Shown here one piece after another: positions 17,474-26,132 of a stretch of 32,000 nucleotides of DNA. How positions within the stretch are numbered: the first letter of the stretch is position 1; the number at the start of each line of letters is the position of its first letter. Below the pieces are notes generated by a model, which did no database searches, was not told the origin of the DNA, and saw nothing but the letters and a program-made list of their open reading frames with translations. This DNA comes from Candidatus Methanophagaceae archaeon (GTDB taxonomy: Archaea; Halobacteriota; Syntropharchaeia; Alkanophagales; Methanospirareceae), in contig PQXB01000001.1 of assembly GCA_003194425.1 (NCBI GenBank), forward strand, positions 550,444 through 582,443. The letters are read 5' to 3'. The position numbers and the translations under genes are program-made.

Positions 17474-18279
17474 GCGACAACGACCAACGCGAGCATCGCA
17501 CCGACCCGCGCAATCACGCCGTGTGCGATGAAAAAACTCTCGTCTGGCGAGCCGCCGAACCACTGCTCGAAATACGCCGCTACTACAAACATATTCCTGA
17601 CGAGGTTCAGCAGATAAATTACAGGCACCGAGACGAGAAAGGCTTTCAACTTCCGACTCAGCGGGGCGTCGACAGCGAAGACCAAGCCGACGAAGAGGAC
17701 AATGCTTTGAATCGCGGTGCAGGGCAGGATTATTTGTATTGGGTTGTAGAGTTCGCGAAAAGAGGCGGAGGAGGAGTAAATGTAAGAAGGAGGCACGAGG
17801 AAGACGCCAACGCCGCCGCTGACGAGGTTCAGCAGCACGGTCGTGAGTTTGGCGGTGGCGAAAATGAGAGCGTCGCCGAGCAGCGAGATTTCAGAGAAAG
17901 GGAAGTAGCAGACCGCGGTCAGGAGTGCCATTTTTGTTATTCTGAAAAGCAACCCCTCGCCCTCTTTTTCTCCTGCCTTTACCAGCGGTTTTGCAAGAAG
18001 GACGGCTAAAAGGAGCGAGAAGCCGAGAAACACGAAATCCACGCCAGCGTCAAAGTACTCGGCTTGAGCCAAATATTCAGCGGCTTCAAGCCAGCAGTAA
18101 AACGCGACGACAGTCCAGCCAAACGCGCCTGCTGCTCTTCCGAGCAGTCTGTTACTGCTGCGGAGCAGTAGAGCCAAGAGGAAGAGCCAGATTGCGACAA
18201 ACGGGAGCACGGATTTTAAAAGCATTCTTGTCAAAGTTAGAAGGCGTTTAAAACATATAAAGCGAAAATATAAAACCAA
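17365..18279 (-). CDS. artA: archaeosortase A-like protein
   Basis: The block ILPCTAIQSIVLFVGLVFAVDAPLSRKLKAFLVSVPVIYLLNLVRNMF (Cys ... AVDAPL.RKL ... N..R), followed by FFIAHG, matches my recollection of Haloferax ArtA. Confidence 0.65.
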   Translation of the reverse strand: MVLYFRFICFKRLLTLTRMLLKSVLPFVAIWLFLLALLLRSSNRLLGRAAGAFGWTVVAFYCWLEAAEYLAQAEYFDAGVDFVFLGFSLLLAVLLAKPLVKAGEKEGEGLLFRITKMALLTAVCYFPFSEISLLGDALIFATAKLTTVLLNLVSGGVGVFLVPPSYIYSSSASFRELYNPIQIILPCTAIQSIVLFVGLVFAVDAPLSRKLKAFLVSVPVIYLLNLVRNMFVVAAYFEQWFGGSPDESFFIAHGVIARVGAMLALVVVAYAVFVVLPEALDLVEEFFRFLGGLLKATFSRRING

Positions 18280-18303
18280 ACAAAACTAAAAATAAAAAGA
18301 AAT

Positions 18304-18546
18304 ATGACAAAAAATGGTGCGTCGGTGTCAGAAGATAGTTTTGTCTTTAATTTGGGCAGGTTATGGGAGGTAGCGATTTTAGAACATTGGGACGACGCTG
18401 TTTATCTCTACGAATTTATACAGAAAATTACCTCACCTGAAATCAAAAAGAGATTCTCAAAAGAACTGAAGGGTTTGTGGACTGAAATAGAGCGGCAAAG
18501 CTGCGAAGGAGTTGATAAAGCACTGGAGAAGATTCTAAAATGGTAA
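18304..18546 (+). CDS. hypothetical small protein (AT-richer than its surroundings)
   Basis: 80-aa ORF with no recognisable motif. It is the only ORF in this gap. Confidence 0.35.
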   Translation: MTKNGASVSEDSFVFNLGRLWEVAILEHWDDAVYLYEFIQKITSPEIKKRFSKELKGLWTEIERQSCEGVDKALEKILKW

Positions 18547-18703
18547 TCCTAAACGCACTGCTGACTTCAATCTGGCGGTTTTCACCAGAACGGAAAAATC
18601 CTCACCCCGCGCCTTTCCCTTTGGCGTTGCCTGTTAGAGGCAAAGAAAAAGAATAAAGGGGAAGAGTTAAGTTTGTTTGATTCGTTTGGAATGCAGACCG
18701 AAA

Positions 18704-20452
18704 ATGGAAGAGGCGAGTGTAAAAGCAGAAATAAGGAAGTACGCACTGCAGAACGCGGTCAGGCACGGGAAGCCACCCAGAGAGGACGCGGTGCTGAAGA
18801 AGATTCTCGGTGAGTGTCCAGAGTTGAGGAAGGACGCAAAACTTCTCGCAGCGCTGGTGAAAGAGGAGGTGAAAAGAATAAAGTCAGTGAGCAGGGAAGA
18901 GAGGGTAGAAGAATTGACCGCGGTGGCTCCGGGGTTGGCAGAGCCGCAGAAACAAAAGCGAGAAGAAAAGCAAGGACTGCCCGAACTGCCTCTTGCTCTT
19001 GCAAACGGCGAGAAAGTTGTGATGCGGTTCGCTCCGAACCCGAACGGTGCTGCGACGCTTGGCAGCGCTCGCGGAATTGTCGTGAACTCGGAGTACGCGA
19101 AGAAGTACGGCGGGAAGTTCATTCTGCGGTTTGACGACACCGACCCGGTCGTGAAGAGACCGCTGCTCGAGGCTTACGACTGGTACCTTGAGGACTGTGC
19201 GTGGCTGGGTGCCGAGCCGGACGAGGTGGTGGTGGCGTCGGAGCGGCTGGAGTTGTACTACAAGAACGCGGAGGAGTTGCTGAAGAGGGGGGTGGCGTAC
19301 GTCTGCTTCTGCCCTGCCGATGTTTTTAAGGCTTACAAAGACCGCAAGCGAGCGTGCCCGCACCGGGCTGCCAGCGTGGAGGAGAACCTTGAGAGTTGGG
19401 GGAAAATGTTAGGGGGAGGTTACGATGAGAAGGAGGCGGTGCTGCGGATAAAGACCGGGATGGAACTTGAAGACCCTGCGTTGAGGGACTGGGTCGCGTT
19501 CCGAATTTTGAAGCGTGAGCACCCGCGTGCGAGTGTCGGCAGGAGGTTCGTGGTGTGGCCGAACTTGGATTTCGAGTCCGCGGTAGAAGACCACCTGCTC
19601 GGCGTGACGCACATAATTCGGGGGAAGGACTTGATGAAATCCGAGAAGCGGCAGCGATTTCTGTACGACCACCTCGGCTGGAACTACCCTGAGACGACGC
19701 ACTGGGGCAGGATAAAAGTGCAAGAGTTCGGTAAGTTCAGCACTTCGGAGTTGAGAAAAAGGATTGAGAGAGGGGAGTACGAGGGCTGGGACGACCCGCG
19801 ACTGCCGACCCTGCGGGCGCTTCGTAGACGCGGTTTTCAGCCCGAAGCGGTTCGCAAGTTTTTCCTCTCTCTCGGCGTCTCTCAAACCGACATCGCAGTG
19901 AGTTTAAAGAACTTGTACGCCGAGAATCGGAAGGCGGTGGACGCACTTGCCTCGCGGTATTTTTTTGTCCGTAACCCAAAGGAAATGCGTCTGAAGGCTG
20001 GGAAAGGGGGTTCTTTCCCACTTGTGGCGAGGGCGTTGAAGCACCCGTCGCGGCGTGCAGACTACCGCGAGATTAGAACCGGCGGCGACGCGGTTCTCAT
20101 TAGCGGCGACGACTTCGCTAAACTGCGGGAAGGGGAAAAAATAAGGCTGAAATTCCTCTGCGATGTAGAAATTGAGAGCGTCAAGCCGCTGATTGCGAAA
20201 GTCGTAGGCTCTGGTTCGTGCACAGAAACGACAGCAAAAGACTTCCAAATTATTCAGTGGGCTCCTACTCCTGCCGCTAACGGCATAAAAGTCGCAGTCA
20301 AGAAGCCCAACGGCTCGGAGGACGAGGGCGTAAGCGAACCTTTGATTTCCGAGGAGCTCGGGAATGTCGTGCAGTTCGAGAGGTACGGGTTCGTCAGAAT
20401 TGACTCGGTTCTGAAAGAGGGAAGAGAGGTAGTGGCATATTTTACGCATTAA
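18704..20452 (+). CDS. gltX: glutamyl-tRNA synthetase, archaeal type, with non-canonical HIGH motif
   Basis: RFAPNPNG..., ILRFDDTDP, WPNLDFESAVEDHLLGVTHIIRGKD, GWDDPRLPTLRALRRRG. The ATG at 18704 (MEEASVKAEIRKYALQNA) is preferred as the start. Confidence 0.88.
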   Translation: MEEASVKAEIRKYALQNAVRHGKPPREDAVLKKILGECPELRKDAKLLAALVKEEVKRIKSVSREERVEELTAVAPGLAEPQKQKREEKQGLPELPLALANGEKVVMRFAPNPNGAATLGSARGIVVNSEYAKKYGGKFILRFDDTDPVVKRPLLEAYDWYLEDCAWLGAEPDEVVVASERLELYYKNAEELLKRGVAYVCFCPADVFKAYKDRKRACPHRAASVEENLESWGKMLGGGYDEKEAVLRIKTGMELEDPALRDWVAFRILKREHPRASVGRRFVVWPNLDFESAVEDHLLGVTHIIRGKDLMKSEKRQRFLYDHLGWNYPETTHWGRIKVQEFGKFSTSELRKRIERGEYEGWDDPRLPTLRALRRRGFQPEAVRKFFLSLGVSQTDIAVSLKNLYAENRKAVDALASRYFFVRNPKEMRLKAGKGGSFPLVARALKHPSRRADYREIRTGGDAVLISGDDFAKLREGEKIRLKFLCDVEIESVKPLIAKVVGSGSCTETTAKDFQIIQWAPTPAANGIKVAVKKPNGSEDEGVSEPLISEELGNVVQFERYGFVRIDSVLKEGREVVAYFTH

Positions 20453-20494
20453 TTCATATTTTCGTATGATTTTGTAAATACGAGGACAACAAAA

Positions 20495-21646
20495 ATGAAA
20501 ACCTGTAAAACAGAGCAAGTAGAACGACTCGGCGAAGTAAGATTAGTTGAAAGAATAACAAAACAATTTTCTGCAAATGCAAATGCGAACGAGCAAGTCG
20601 TAACCGCAGGTGCAGGAGAGGACGACTGTGCTGTGTTGGACTTGGACGAAGCCAAAGCAAAAGCCAACTACAACTCCAAGTACCTCGTCGTCACCACAGA
20701 CACGCTGCAAGAGTCAACGCACTTCCCTGCGGGCATCTCGCCGTTCCAAATCGGCTGGAGTGCGGTTGCAGTGAACTTAAGCGACATCGCCGCGATGGGA
20801 GCGCGCCCGTTTGCTTTTACGCTCGCGTTGGGCGTCCCTGCAGAGACTGAGACCGTGTTTGTGGACGAGGTGGTGCAGGGGGTGAAAAAATGTGCCTCTG
20901 CTTACAACACCGCAGTCGTCGGCGGGGACACAACAAGGAGCAAAGAGGTTGTCTTAACAGGGACCTGTCTCGGATTTGCAGACCGACCCGTGAGGCGGGC
21001 GGGTGCTGAGGTAGGAGACTTGGTCTGTGTTACGGGGTCGCTTGGTAACGCTGCTCTCGGGCAGAAAATAGTAGAGAGGGAAGTAGCGGAGGGGGAGAAG
21101 GGGGGGAAGAAGGAGATGAAGAAGGAGAGGAAGAAGGAGATGAAGAAGGAGAGGAAGAAGGAGGGGGAGGAGGTAGAATTAAAAGTGCCAAAAAAGGTTG
21201 AAGAAGCGGCGAAGAAGGCTCTGTTTCAGCCCGTGCCGAGAGTAAAAGAAGGCGTCGTTCTCGCCGATTCCGGACTGGTAACTTCAATGATTGACATTAG
21301 CGACGGTCTCGCACTTTCTTTAGCCGCACTCGCAAAGAGCAGCAAAGTCGGGTTCGAGATTTACGAGGAGAAAGTGCCAGTGGCAGACCTCCGTCTCCGC
21401 AGAGAACTTGCGTTCTACTACGGCGGCGACTACGAACTGCTGTTCACGCTTCGAGCGTCAGGGGGAGCAGAAGAGGGAAGAGCAGAGGCAGGAGCGCGAG
21501 GGAACGCGGAACTGCTGAGGAGACTGCAGAAGGAGGTAAAAATGAGTGTTGTAGGCAGAGTGTTGCCGGCGGAGGAGGGGCTTTATTTTAAAAGAGAGGA
21601 CGGCACGAAGGAGGAGGTGAAAATAAAAGGCTACCAGCATTTTTAA
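20495..21646 (+). CDS. thiL: thiamine-monophosphate kinase (AIR-synthase-related)
   Basis: LGEVRLVERI, GEDDCAVLDL, VVTTDTLQESTHFP, IGWSAVAVNLSDIAAMGARP. Contains a K/E-rich repeat insert. Confidence 0.75.
   Translation: MKTCKTEQVERLGEVRLVERITKQFSANANANEQVVTAGAGEDDCAVLDLDEAKAKANYNSKYLVVTTDTLQESTHFPAGISPFQIGWSAVAVNLSDIAAMGARPFAFTLALGVPAETETVFVDEVVQGVKKCASAYNTAVVGGDTTRSKEVVLTGTCLGFADRPVRRAGAEVGDLVCVTGSLGNAALGQKIVEREVAEGEKGGKKEMKKERKKEMKKERKKEGEEVELKVPKKVEEAAKKALFQPVPRVKEGVVLADSGLVTSMIDISDGLALSLAALAKSSKVGFEIYEEKVPVADLRLRRELAFYYGGDYELLFTLRASGGAEEGRAEAGARGNAELLRRLQKEVKMSVVGRVLPAEEGLYFKREDGTKEEVKIKGYQHF
21106..21163. repeat. 24-nt tandem repeat gaagaaggagatgaagaaggagag x2.4 inside thiL (encodes KKEMKKER repeats)
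   Basis: Read directly; 21106-21129 and 21130-21153 are identical. Confidence 0.95.
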
Positions 21647-22338
21647 ATATAACTCTCCCTGACCCTCTTCAACAAATCCCTCGAATTCACCTTCATCACT
21701 TTCTTCACCTCCCCCGCGTCCAAGTCCAACCCTGCACCTGCGAGGATTCTCGCTGCCTGCTGCTCTGTAAGAAAATCCTCAGGCGAGTGCAAATCAGAAT
21801 TAAGCAGCAGTTTCGCTCCCGCTTCTCTTGAAACTTTCGCCACGTGCCCGTTTGCCAAGCAGTGCCCCCTCCTCGCGGAAATCTCAAGAAAGACCCCGTT
21901 CTCCTTCGCGAGTTCCGCCTCCTCTGCACTGACAAGCCCCGGGTGTGCGAGAATGTCCACTGCTGGGTTGGTTACTGCTGCTCTGTTAGTGCCTCGTTCT
22001 ACAGGCTCCACCAGTGTTTCTCCGTGCACGACCACCAGCTCCGCGCCTAACGCCCTCGCCTTTTTTACCACTTTCCCGATTTTCACCGCCGGAACGTGCG
22101 TTAGTTCAACACCCCTTAGCACTTCTATTTTTTCCCCTCCCCCCTCCTTTGTCTCCTCTCCCTTCCCCTCCCAAAGCTCCAACCTCTTCAACCCTGCCAG
22201 CACGTGCTCCATATTAGTAAAATCCACGTGGTCGGTTATTCCAACTGCTTCGTAGCCGTTCACCACCGCCCTTCTCACCAATTCGCTCGGCAGCAGTTCG
22301 CCGTCGCTGAACAAAGAATGCGTGTGAAAATCGAACAT
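21643..22338 (-). CDS. PHP-domain metal-dependent phosphoesterase
   Basis: FDFHTHSLFSDGELLP...GITDHVD... and later His motifs. Its stop overlaps the thiL stop within the palindrome TTTAAA. Confidence 0.7.
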   Translation of the reverse strand: MFDFHTHSLFSDGELLPSELVRRAVVNGYEAVGITDHVDFTNMEHVLAGLKRLELWEGKGEETKEGGGEKIEVLRGVELTHVPAVKIGKVVKKARALGAELVVVHGETLVEPVERGTNRAAVTNPAVDILAHPGLVSAEEAELAKENGVFLEISARRGHCLANGHVAKVSREAGAKLLLNSDLHSPEDFLTEQQAARILAGAGLDLDAGEVKKVMKVNSRDLLKRVRESYI

Positions 22339-22387
22339 TTTCCTCTTCTCCTCTTTCTCCCTCCCTCTTCCTTTTTACCCATTCTCT

Positions 22388-22705
22388 TCACCCCTTTTTA
22401 GACCGCTCTCGCATCTCTTTTATCCCCTTCGCAATCTCTTTCACAATCTCGCCTTTCGTTCGCCCTCCCTCTTTTTTCACCACCACTCTCCCGCTTTTGT
22501 CCCAGTGCGTCTTCGGGTACGCCTTCCCTTCCTCCACCTCCAGCTCCAACTTCAAATCCACGCCTAAGTCCAGCACCCTCGCAGCCTTCTCCATTTCCTC
22601 TAACCTCGGAGATTTCACCGCAGTCCTTCTCGATATTTTCCTACCTTCCCCTCTTGTTCTGCCCGCGGTTAAATACGCAGGCCAAATGACCATCTTTTTT
22701 GCCAT
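22388..22705 (-). CDS. srp19: signal recognition particle protein SRP19
   Basis: VIWPAYL...R.EGRKI...P.LEEMEKAA..L...YPKTHW...GRV.V.K, with size and motif order typical of archaeal SRP19. Confidence 0.85.
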   Translation of the reverse strand: MAKKMVIWPAYLTAGRTRGEGRKISRRTAVKSPRLEEMEKAARVLDLGVDLKLELEVEEGKAYPKTHWDKSGRVVVKKEGGRTKGEIVKEIAKGIKEMRERSKKG

Positions 22706-22721
22706 TTTACGTTTATCATTT

Positions 22722-24140
22722 TCAAAAAATAAGCGCTCTCAACCCCTCCCAAATCTCCTGCACATTTATTCCCAACTCGTGCCCCACGACACCAATTCCG
22801 ATGAAAGTCCCTGCAATGCTTCCTAAGTTCGCAAGTGCAGCCACAAGAATGGTCTTAAACAGCCGATTTCTCGCCAACTCCCGCAACGACTCAACACTCA
22901 GCATTCCCTTTGCGTCCTCCACTCTCGGCTTTCGGAAGTGTGCTTCTGCCAAGCCCGCAAACCAGCCCACGGCTAAAAACGGGTTCAGAGAAGTGAGCCA
23001 AGCCACCGAGAAGGCGGTAACCGCAGAGAGCGGGTGCCCCCGCGCGACGACGACGCCCGACGCGGACAAGACGCCGTTTATCAGCACCCAGTAAAGAAAC
23101 GCTCTGAGAAGAGTGTCAAGCGAGAAACCCGAGAAGAAGACCGCAAGGAGAATAATTACGAGAGCCACGCCCATTCCGACGCCCAGCAGATGTTTTATGC
23201 TGAACCGCCCACTGAACCGCTTCTTCGGGAGCGAGACCAGTTCCGACCTCGGCGGAATCAACTCCGGGTGAGCAAGAAGCCTCTTTATCCCCGCAACATG
23301 CCCCGCACCGACGACCGCAACGATTTTCCTCCCCTCTCCCTCTTTATTAGTACATTCTTTAGTAAGTGAGTGCTCTTCCCCCTTCTTAGTGCAGGTTCTT
23401 TCTTTAGAACGAAAGTGCAGGTTGAGCAAATTTCCAGCGATGTAAGCGTCCCGTTCGTCCAGCAGAGCCTTCGCAGCACCCGGCGAGAACGCCCTCAACT
23501 CCTCCATTAACTCCGAGACCACATCCTCGTCTGTCAGACTGTCCAAGTCGATTTCTCTCACCCCTTCTCGTCCTGCTTCTCGCCCTGCTTCCCGTCCTGC
23601 ACCCGCGCCCCGCCCAATTTTGAAGTTTTCAATTTTAAAACTTCCAATGTTCCCGATCGCGAGAACGACTGAGAAAATCATCTTCACCTTCTCCAAAAAC
23701 TTCATCTTCCTCCAGAACCGCTGCATCGTCACTTGAATCGGGCGGTCAACGAGTGCGACCTCACAGCCACGCTCCTCCGCCTTTTTTATCGCCGCCATCA
23801 TATCCGCACCAGGCTCAACCCCTAACTCTGACCCCATTTTCCGCTGCACGTACGCAAGCAGCCAGTGCATCAGCAGTAAAAACGGACTGCTACCAGTTTC
23901 ACTTCCACCTCTCCTGCCTCGTCCCCCGCCCAAGACATCTTTCACCGAAAACTCGCCTACCTCGTCGTCGCCGCCGTCGCCGCCGCCCACATTCCCTTTC
24001 AACGCCTCGTACCGCCCCTTGCACAACTCAACCGCAACCACCTCCGGCTCTTCTCGCTCAATTGTCTCCTCCACCTCCCGCACGCTTTTCTCCAAAATGT
24101 GCCCCGTCCCCACCAAAATTATGCTATTTTTATCTTCCAT
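22722..24140 (-). CDS. TraB/PrgY-family protein with C-terminal membrane domain
   Basis: IILVGTGHILEKSVREVEETI...PEVVAVELC..R, then a multi-TM C-terminus. The ATG at 24140 forms a TGATG junction with the upstream ORF. Contains EAGR repeats. Confidence 0.8.
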   Translation of the reverse strand: MEDKNSIILVGTGHILEKSVREVEETIEREEPEVVAVELCKGRYEALKGNVGGGDGGDDEVGEFSVKDVLGGGRGRRGGSETGSSPFLLLMHWLLAYVQRKMGSELGVEPGADMMAAIKKAEERGCEVALVDRPIQVTMQRFWRKMKFLEKVKMIFSVVLAIGNIGSFKIENFKIGRGAGAGREAGREAGREGVREIDLDSLTDEDVVSELMEELRAFSPGAAKALLDERDAYIAGNLLNLHFRSKERTCTKKGEEHSLTKECTNKEGEGRKIVAVVGAGHVAGIKRLLAHPELIPPRSELVSLPKKRFSGRFSIKHLLGVGMGVALVIILLAVFFSGFSLDTLLRAFLYWVLINGVLSASGVVVARGHPLSAVTAFSVAWLTSLNPFLAVGWFAGLAEAHFRKPRVEDAKGMLSVESLRELARNRLFKTILVAALANLGSIAGTFIGIGVVGHELGINVQEIWEGLRALIF

Positions 24141-24442
24141 CACTTTTCAACAACGCTCACAAGCTCCCTCACCGAGCCAACCCTCTCCTTCACCTCCTCA
24201 ATCTCCAGCCTCGCCTCGTGAAACCCCTCAACGTGCAGGAACCAGGCTTGAGCCTCCTTGCTTTTGGAGAGCTCAAATCTGAACGCCAATTCCTTAACCG
24301 CCTCCTCTGCGGCTTTGTACAACTTCTCGCTCGCCTGCACCGCGTCCTCCCTCGCAACGCACTTCCCGGCTTCAGCAAGCTTCCCGGCTTCAGCAAGCTT
24401 CCTTGACAGGAGTTCGAGCCTCCTCTCGTCTTTTGCCCTCAT
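24140..24442 (-). CDS. small helical protein, PaREP1-like
   Basis: AVQASEKLYKAAEEAVKELA...FHEARLE resembles the PaREP1 core. The ATG at 24442 has an upstream GAGGGG. Contains an 18-nt x2 duplication (24362-24397, KLAEAG KLAEAG). Confidence 0.45.
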   Translation of the reverse strand: MRAKDERRLELLSRKLAEAGKLAEAGKCVAREDAVQASEKLYKAAEEAVKELAFRFELSKSKEAQAWFLHVEGFHEARLEIEEVKERVGSVRELVSVVEK

Positions 24443-24452
24443 TCTTTTCCCC

Positions 24453-25613
24453 TCATTTTGTTCCGTACCGTGTTCCGTACCGCAGCAAAGCGGCAACGCC
24501 ACCAAACGCACGCTTCAACTGCGTACCCTCCTCAAAATCCGTCGAGACAACCTCCACCTCCGCCCCTGTCTCCTCTGCCTTCGCCACCAAATCCTGCATT
24601 AGTTCAGCACCAATCCCCTCGGAGAACAGGAGCGTGCCAACCGCACCCAGCTCCAACTTCCGCCGCACCTCCTCCTCGCCGTAGGCAACCCTGCTCGCGT
24701 CGTTCGCCAGCAGTTTCATAAACCGCTCCATCAGCCGCTTCTCGCTCATCAAATCCAGCCCTTCCAAAGCCCCTTCCGCCTTGTCCACAAGTTCAGAGAG
24801 CCCGGATTCGTCCGTGTAGGCGACATCAAAAATCCCGAGAATCTTGCCCTGCAACTCGTACTGCAGGTACGACCCTTTCAGAAACTCTTCCTTCGTCGGG
24901 CTCGGTCCACCGATTAGAATGCCCTTGAGCTCGCGGCTCATTGGCAGGAAAATCCGCGTTGCGTGCTCCCCGATTCGCTTGTAAAAGTCGTCGGTCGCGA
25001 TTTCCCGCAGCCTCTGAAATCGCAGTGCCGACTGCCCTCCTTTTCGTATTTTCCCGGGAACCGACGAGGTCAGGTGCTTCATCGCCTCCACCACCTTGCC
25101 CGTGAGCGTGCCGATCGTCGCCTCTCGCTTGTCAAGCACGACCAAGCCGTACTTCTCCTTCTCGCTCACCATTTCCTCCAACGGCTCGAGCAGGAACGAC
25201 GAGTCGCAGTGGTAAATGTAAGACTGCACCCTCTCCGGCGGTTCCACGATGAAAGCCTCGATGTCGGTCTTGTCCCCGCCCTTCGCGACCGCACCGCAGA
25301 AAATCACCACCCCGTTCTCACTTGCTCCTGCTACTCCTTCTCCTGCTGCACCTACTGTTCCCACTGCTCCTCCTTTTACACCGACATATTTTAGTTTGGA
25401 CAAAATGGAGTCCAGCGAGCTTTGAACGTTGGTTCGGGTGGACTTGCTTTTTATGTTCTTCGCCTGTCCGTACTCCTCGCGGAGGTGCGAAGTAACGTCC
25501 GAGATTTGCTTGTCAGGCGGAATGTAGACCGAGACGAGTTCTGTGCCTCTGCCTGCTTTCTGCCTCAGCTCTTCCAAGACCTTGCGGAATTCGTATCTTT
25601 TTATCTTGTTCAT
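24453..25613 (-). CDS. prf1: peptide chain release factor aRF1
   Basis: NIKS (AKNIKSKSTR), YIYHCDSSF and GGQ (RKGGQSALRF) motifs. The C-terminal RYGTRYGTK comes from a 12-nt x2 perfect repeat (24459-24482). Confidence 0.9.
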   Translation of the reverse strand: MNKIKRYEFRKVLEELRQKAGRGTELVSVYIPPDKQISDVTSHLREEYGQAKNIKSKSTRTNVQSSLDSILSKLKYVGVKGGAVGTVGAAGEGVAGASENGVVIFCGAVAKGGDKTDIEAFIVEPPERVQSYIYHCDSSFLLEPLEEMVSEKEKYGLVVLDKREATIGTLTGKVVEAMKHLTSSVPGKIRKGGQSALRFQRLREIATDDFYKRIGEHATRIFLPMSRELKGILIGGPSPTKEEFLKGSYLQYELQGKILGIFDVAYTDESGLSELVDKAEGALEGLDLMSEKRLMERFMKLLANDASRVAYGEEEVRRKLELGAVGTLLFSEGIGAELMQDLVAKAEETGAEVEVVSTDFEEGTQLKRAFGGVAALLRYGTRYGTK

Positions 25614-25634
25614 ATTTCAAAATTTTCCAAAGTT

Positions 25635-25640
25635 AAAAAA
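25635..25640 (-). terminator. T6 run 8 nt downstream of the tRNA 3' end (possible archaeal terminator and/or TATA-like element for leaderless aRF1)
   Basis: The minus strand reads tacaaacTTTTTTaa immediately after the discriminator base. Confidence 0.3.
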
Positions 25641-25647
25641 GTTTGTA

Positions 25648-25832
25648 TGCGGCAACCGGGGCTCGAACCCGGGTTACAGGCTGTTTCCCTCCCTTTTTTC
25701 TCTTTCCTTTTTTGATCAACCTTTTCCTATCTTTCCTTTTTTGATCAACCTTTTCCTATCTTTCCTTTTTTGATCAACCTTTTCCTAAAAGGTTGTTGGG
25801 AAGCCCGTGTCCTTCCGCTAGACTATTGCCGC
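25648..25832 (-). tRNA. tRNA-Gly(CCC) with a 114-nt intron at the canonical 37/38 position
   Basis: Hand-folded.
- Acceptor stem: GCGGCAA/TTGCCGC, 7 perfect bp.
- D arm: GTCT-AGCGGAA-GGAC.
- Anticodon stem: CGGGC/GCCTG.
- Anticodon loop: TTCCCAA.
- T arm: CCGGG-TTCGAGC-CCCGG.
- Discriminator: A. CCA is not encoded.
- Exons: 25797-25832 and 25648-25682. Confidence 0.85.
25683..25796 (-). other. tRNA intron composed largely of a 29-nt tandem repeat (AAAAGGUUGAUCAAAAAAGGAAAGAUAGG x about 2.9; repeats at 25700-25783)
   Basis: GATC recurs at 25714, 25743 and 25772 (period 29). Intron 3' GGAA pairs with loop UUCC, giving a 4-bp central helix flanked by 3-nt bulges (BHB-like). Confidence 0.75.
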
Positions 25833-26129
25833 TTTTTTGTAGAGTCTCGCAAACTCCTCGAACTCCGACGCCAACGAGGCAGCCGCCGACTTCACCGCCT
25901 CCACCGCGTCCCCGCTCTCCTTCCCCTCTCGCATTTTCACGAACAAAACCGGGTTGCTCACCAGCGTGTGTTTAATGCTGTAGCTCGCGATTTCAACCCC
26001 TTCGTTCTCCAACAACTTCGAGGTCAGCGGTGCCAAAAGCGTGTGGTCCTCGCCTTCTACCTCTAACTTCACCGCTCTCCCCTTCCTCTCCAGCACCTTC
26101 ACCTTCCTACTCTCCCTCTGCCCTTCCAT
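25818..26129 (-). CDS. rpoL: DNA-directed RNA polymerase subunit L (Rpo11)
   Basis: KVKVLERKGRAVKLEVEGEDHTLLAPLTSKLL...VEIASYSIKHTLVSNPVLFVK matches the Rpo11 pattern. The last 4 codons plus the stop overlap the tRNA 5' end. Confidence 0.8.
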   Translation of the reverse strand: MEGQRESRKVKVLERKGRAVKLEVEGEDHTLLAPLTSKLLENEGVEIASYSIKHTLVSNPVLFVKMREGKESGDAVEAVKSAAASLASEFEEFARLYKKAAIV

Positions 26130-26132
26130 TTT

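Noticed and set aside
22339-22387. Polypyrimidine (plus-strand) spacers at 22339-22387, 26787-26847 and 31120-31143 as additional tandem repeats
   Set aside because: They are purine-rich in mRNA sense and SD-like, but I could not find a consistent repeat unit. They are treated as ordinary biased spacers.
23753-24406. Plus-strand 217-aa P/R-rich ORF antisense to traB and the PaREP1-like gene
   Set aside because: It has no motifs, and the opposite strand carries a clear TraB family protein.
25683-25796. C/D-box sRNA hidden in the tRNA intron, as in the haloarchaeal tRNA-Trp intron
   Set aside because: UUGAUCA in each repeat is one mismatch from a C box (RUGAUGA). However, there is no CUGA D box and no plausible guide or terminal stem arrangement.
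25543-26066. Plus-strand ORFs (76, 97, 98 and 60 aa) crossing the tRNA, its intron and rpoL
   Set aside because: The region is explained by tRNA-Gly with its intron and by Rpo11 on the minus strand. The translations are F/L/S-rich repeat artefacts.
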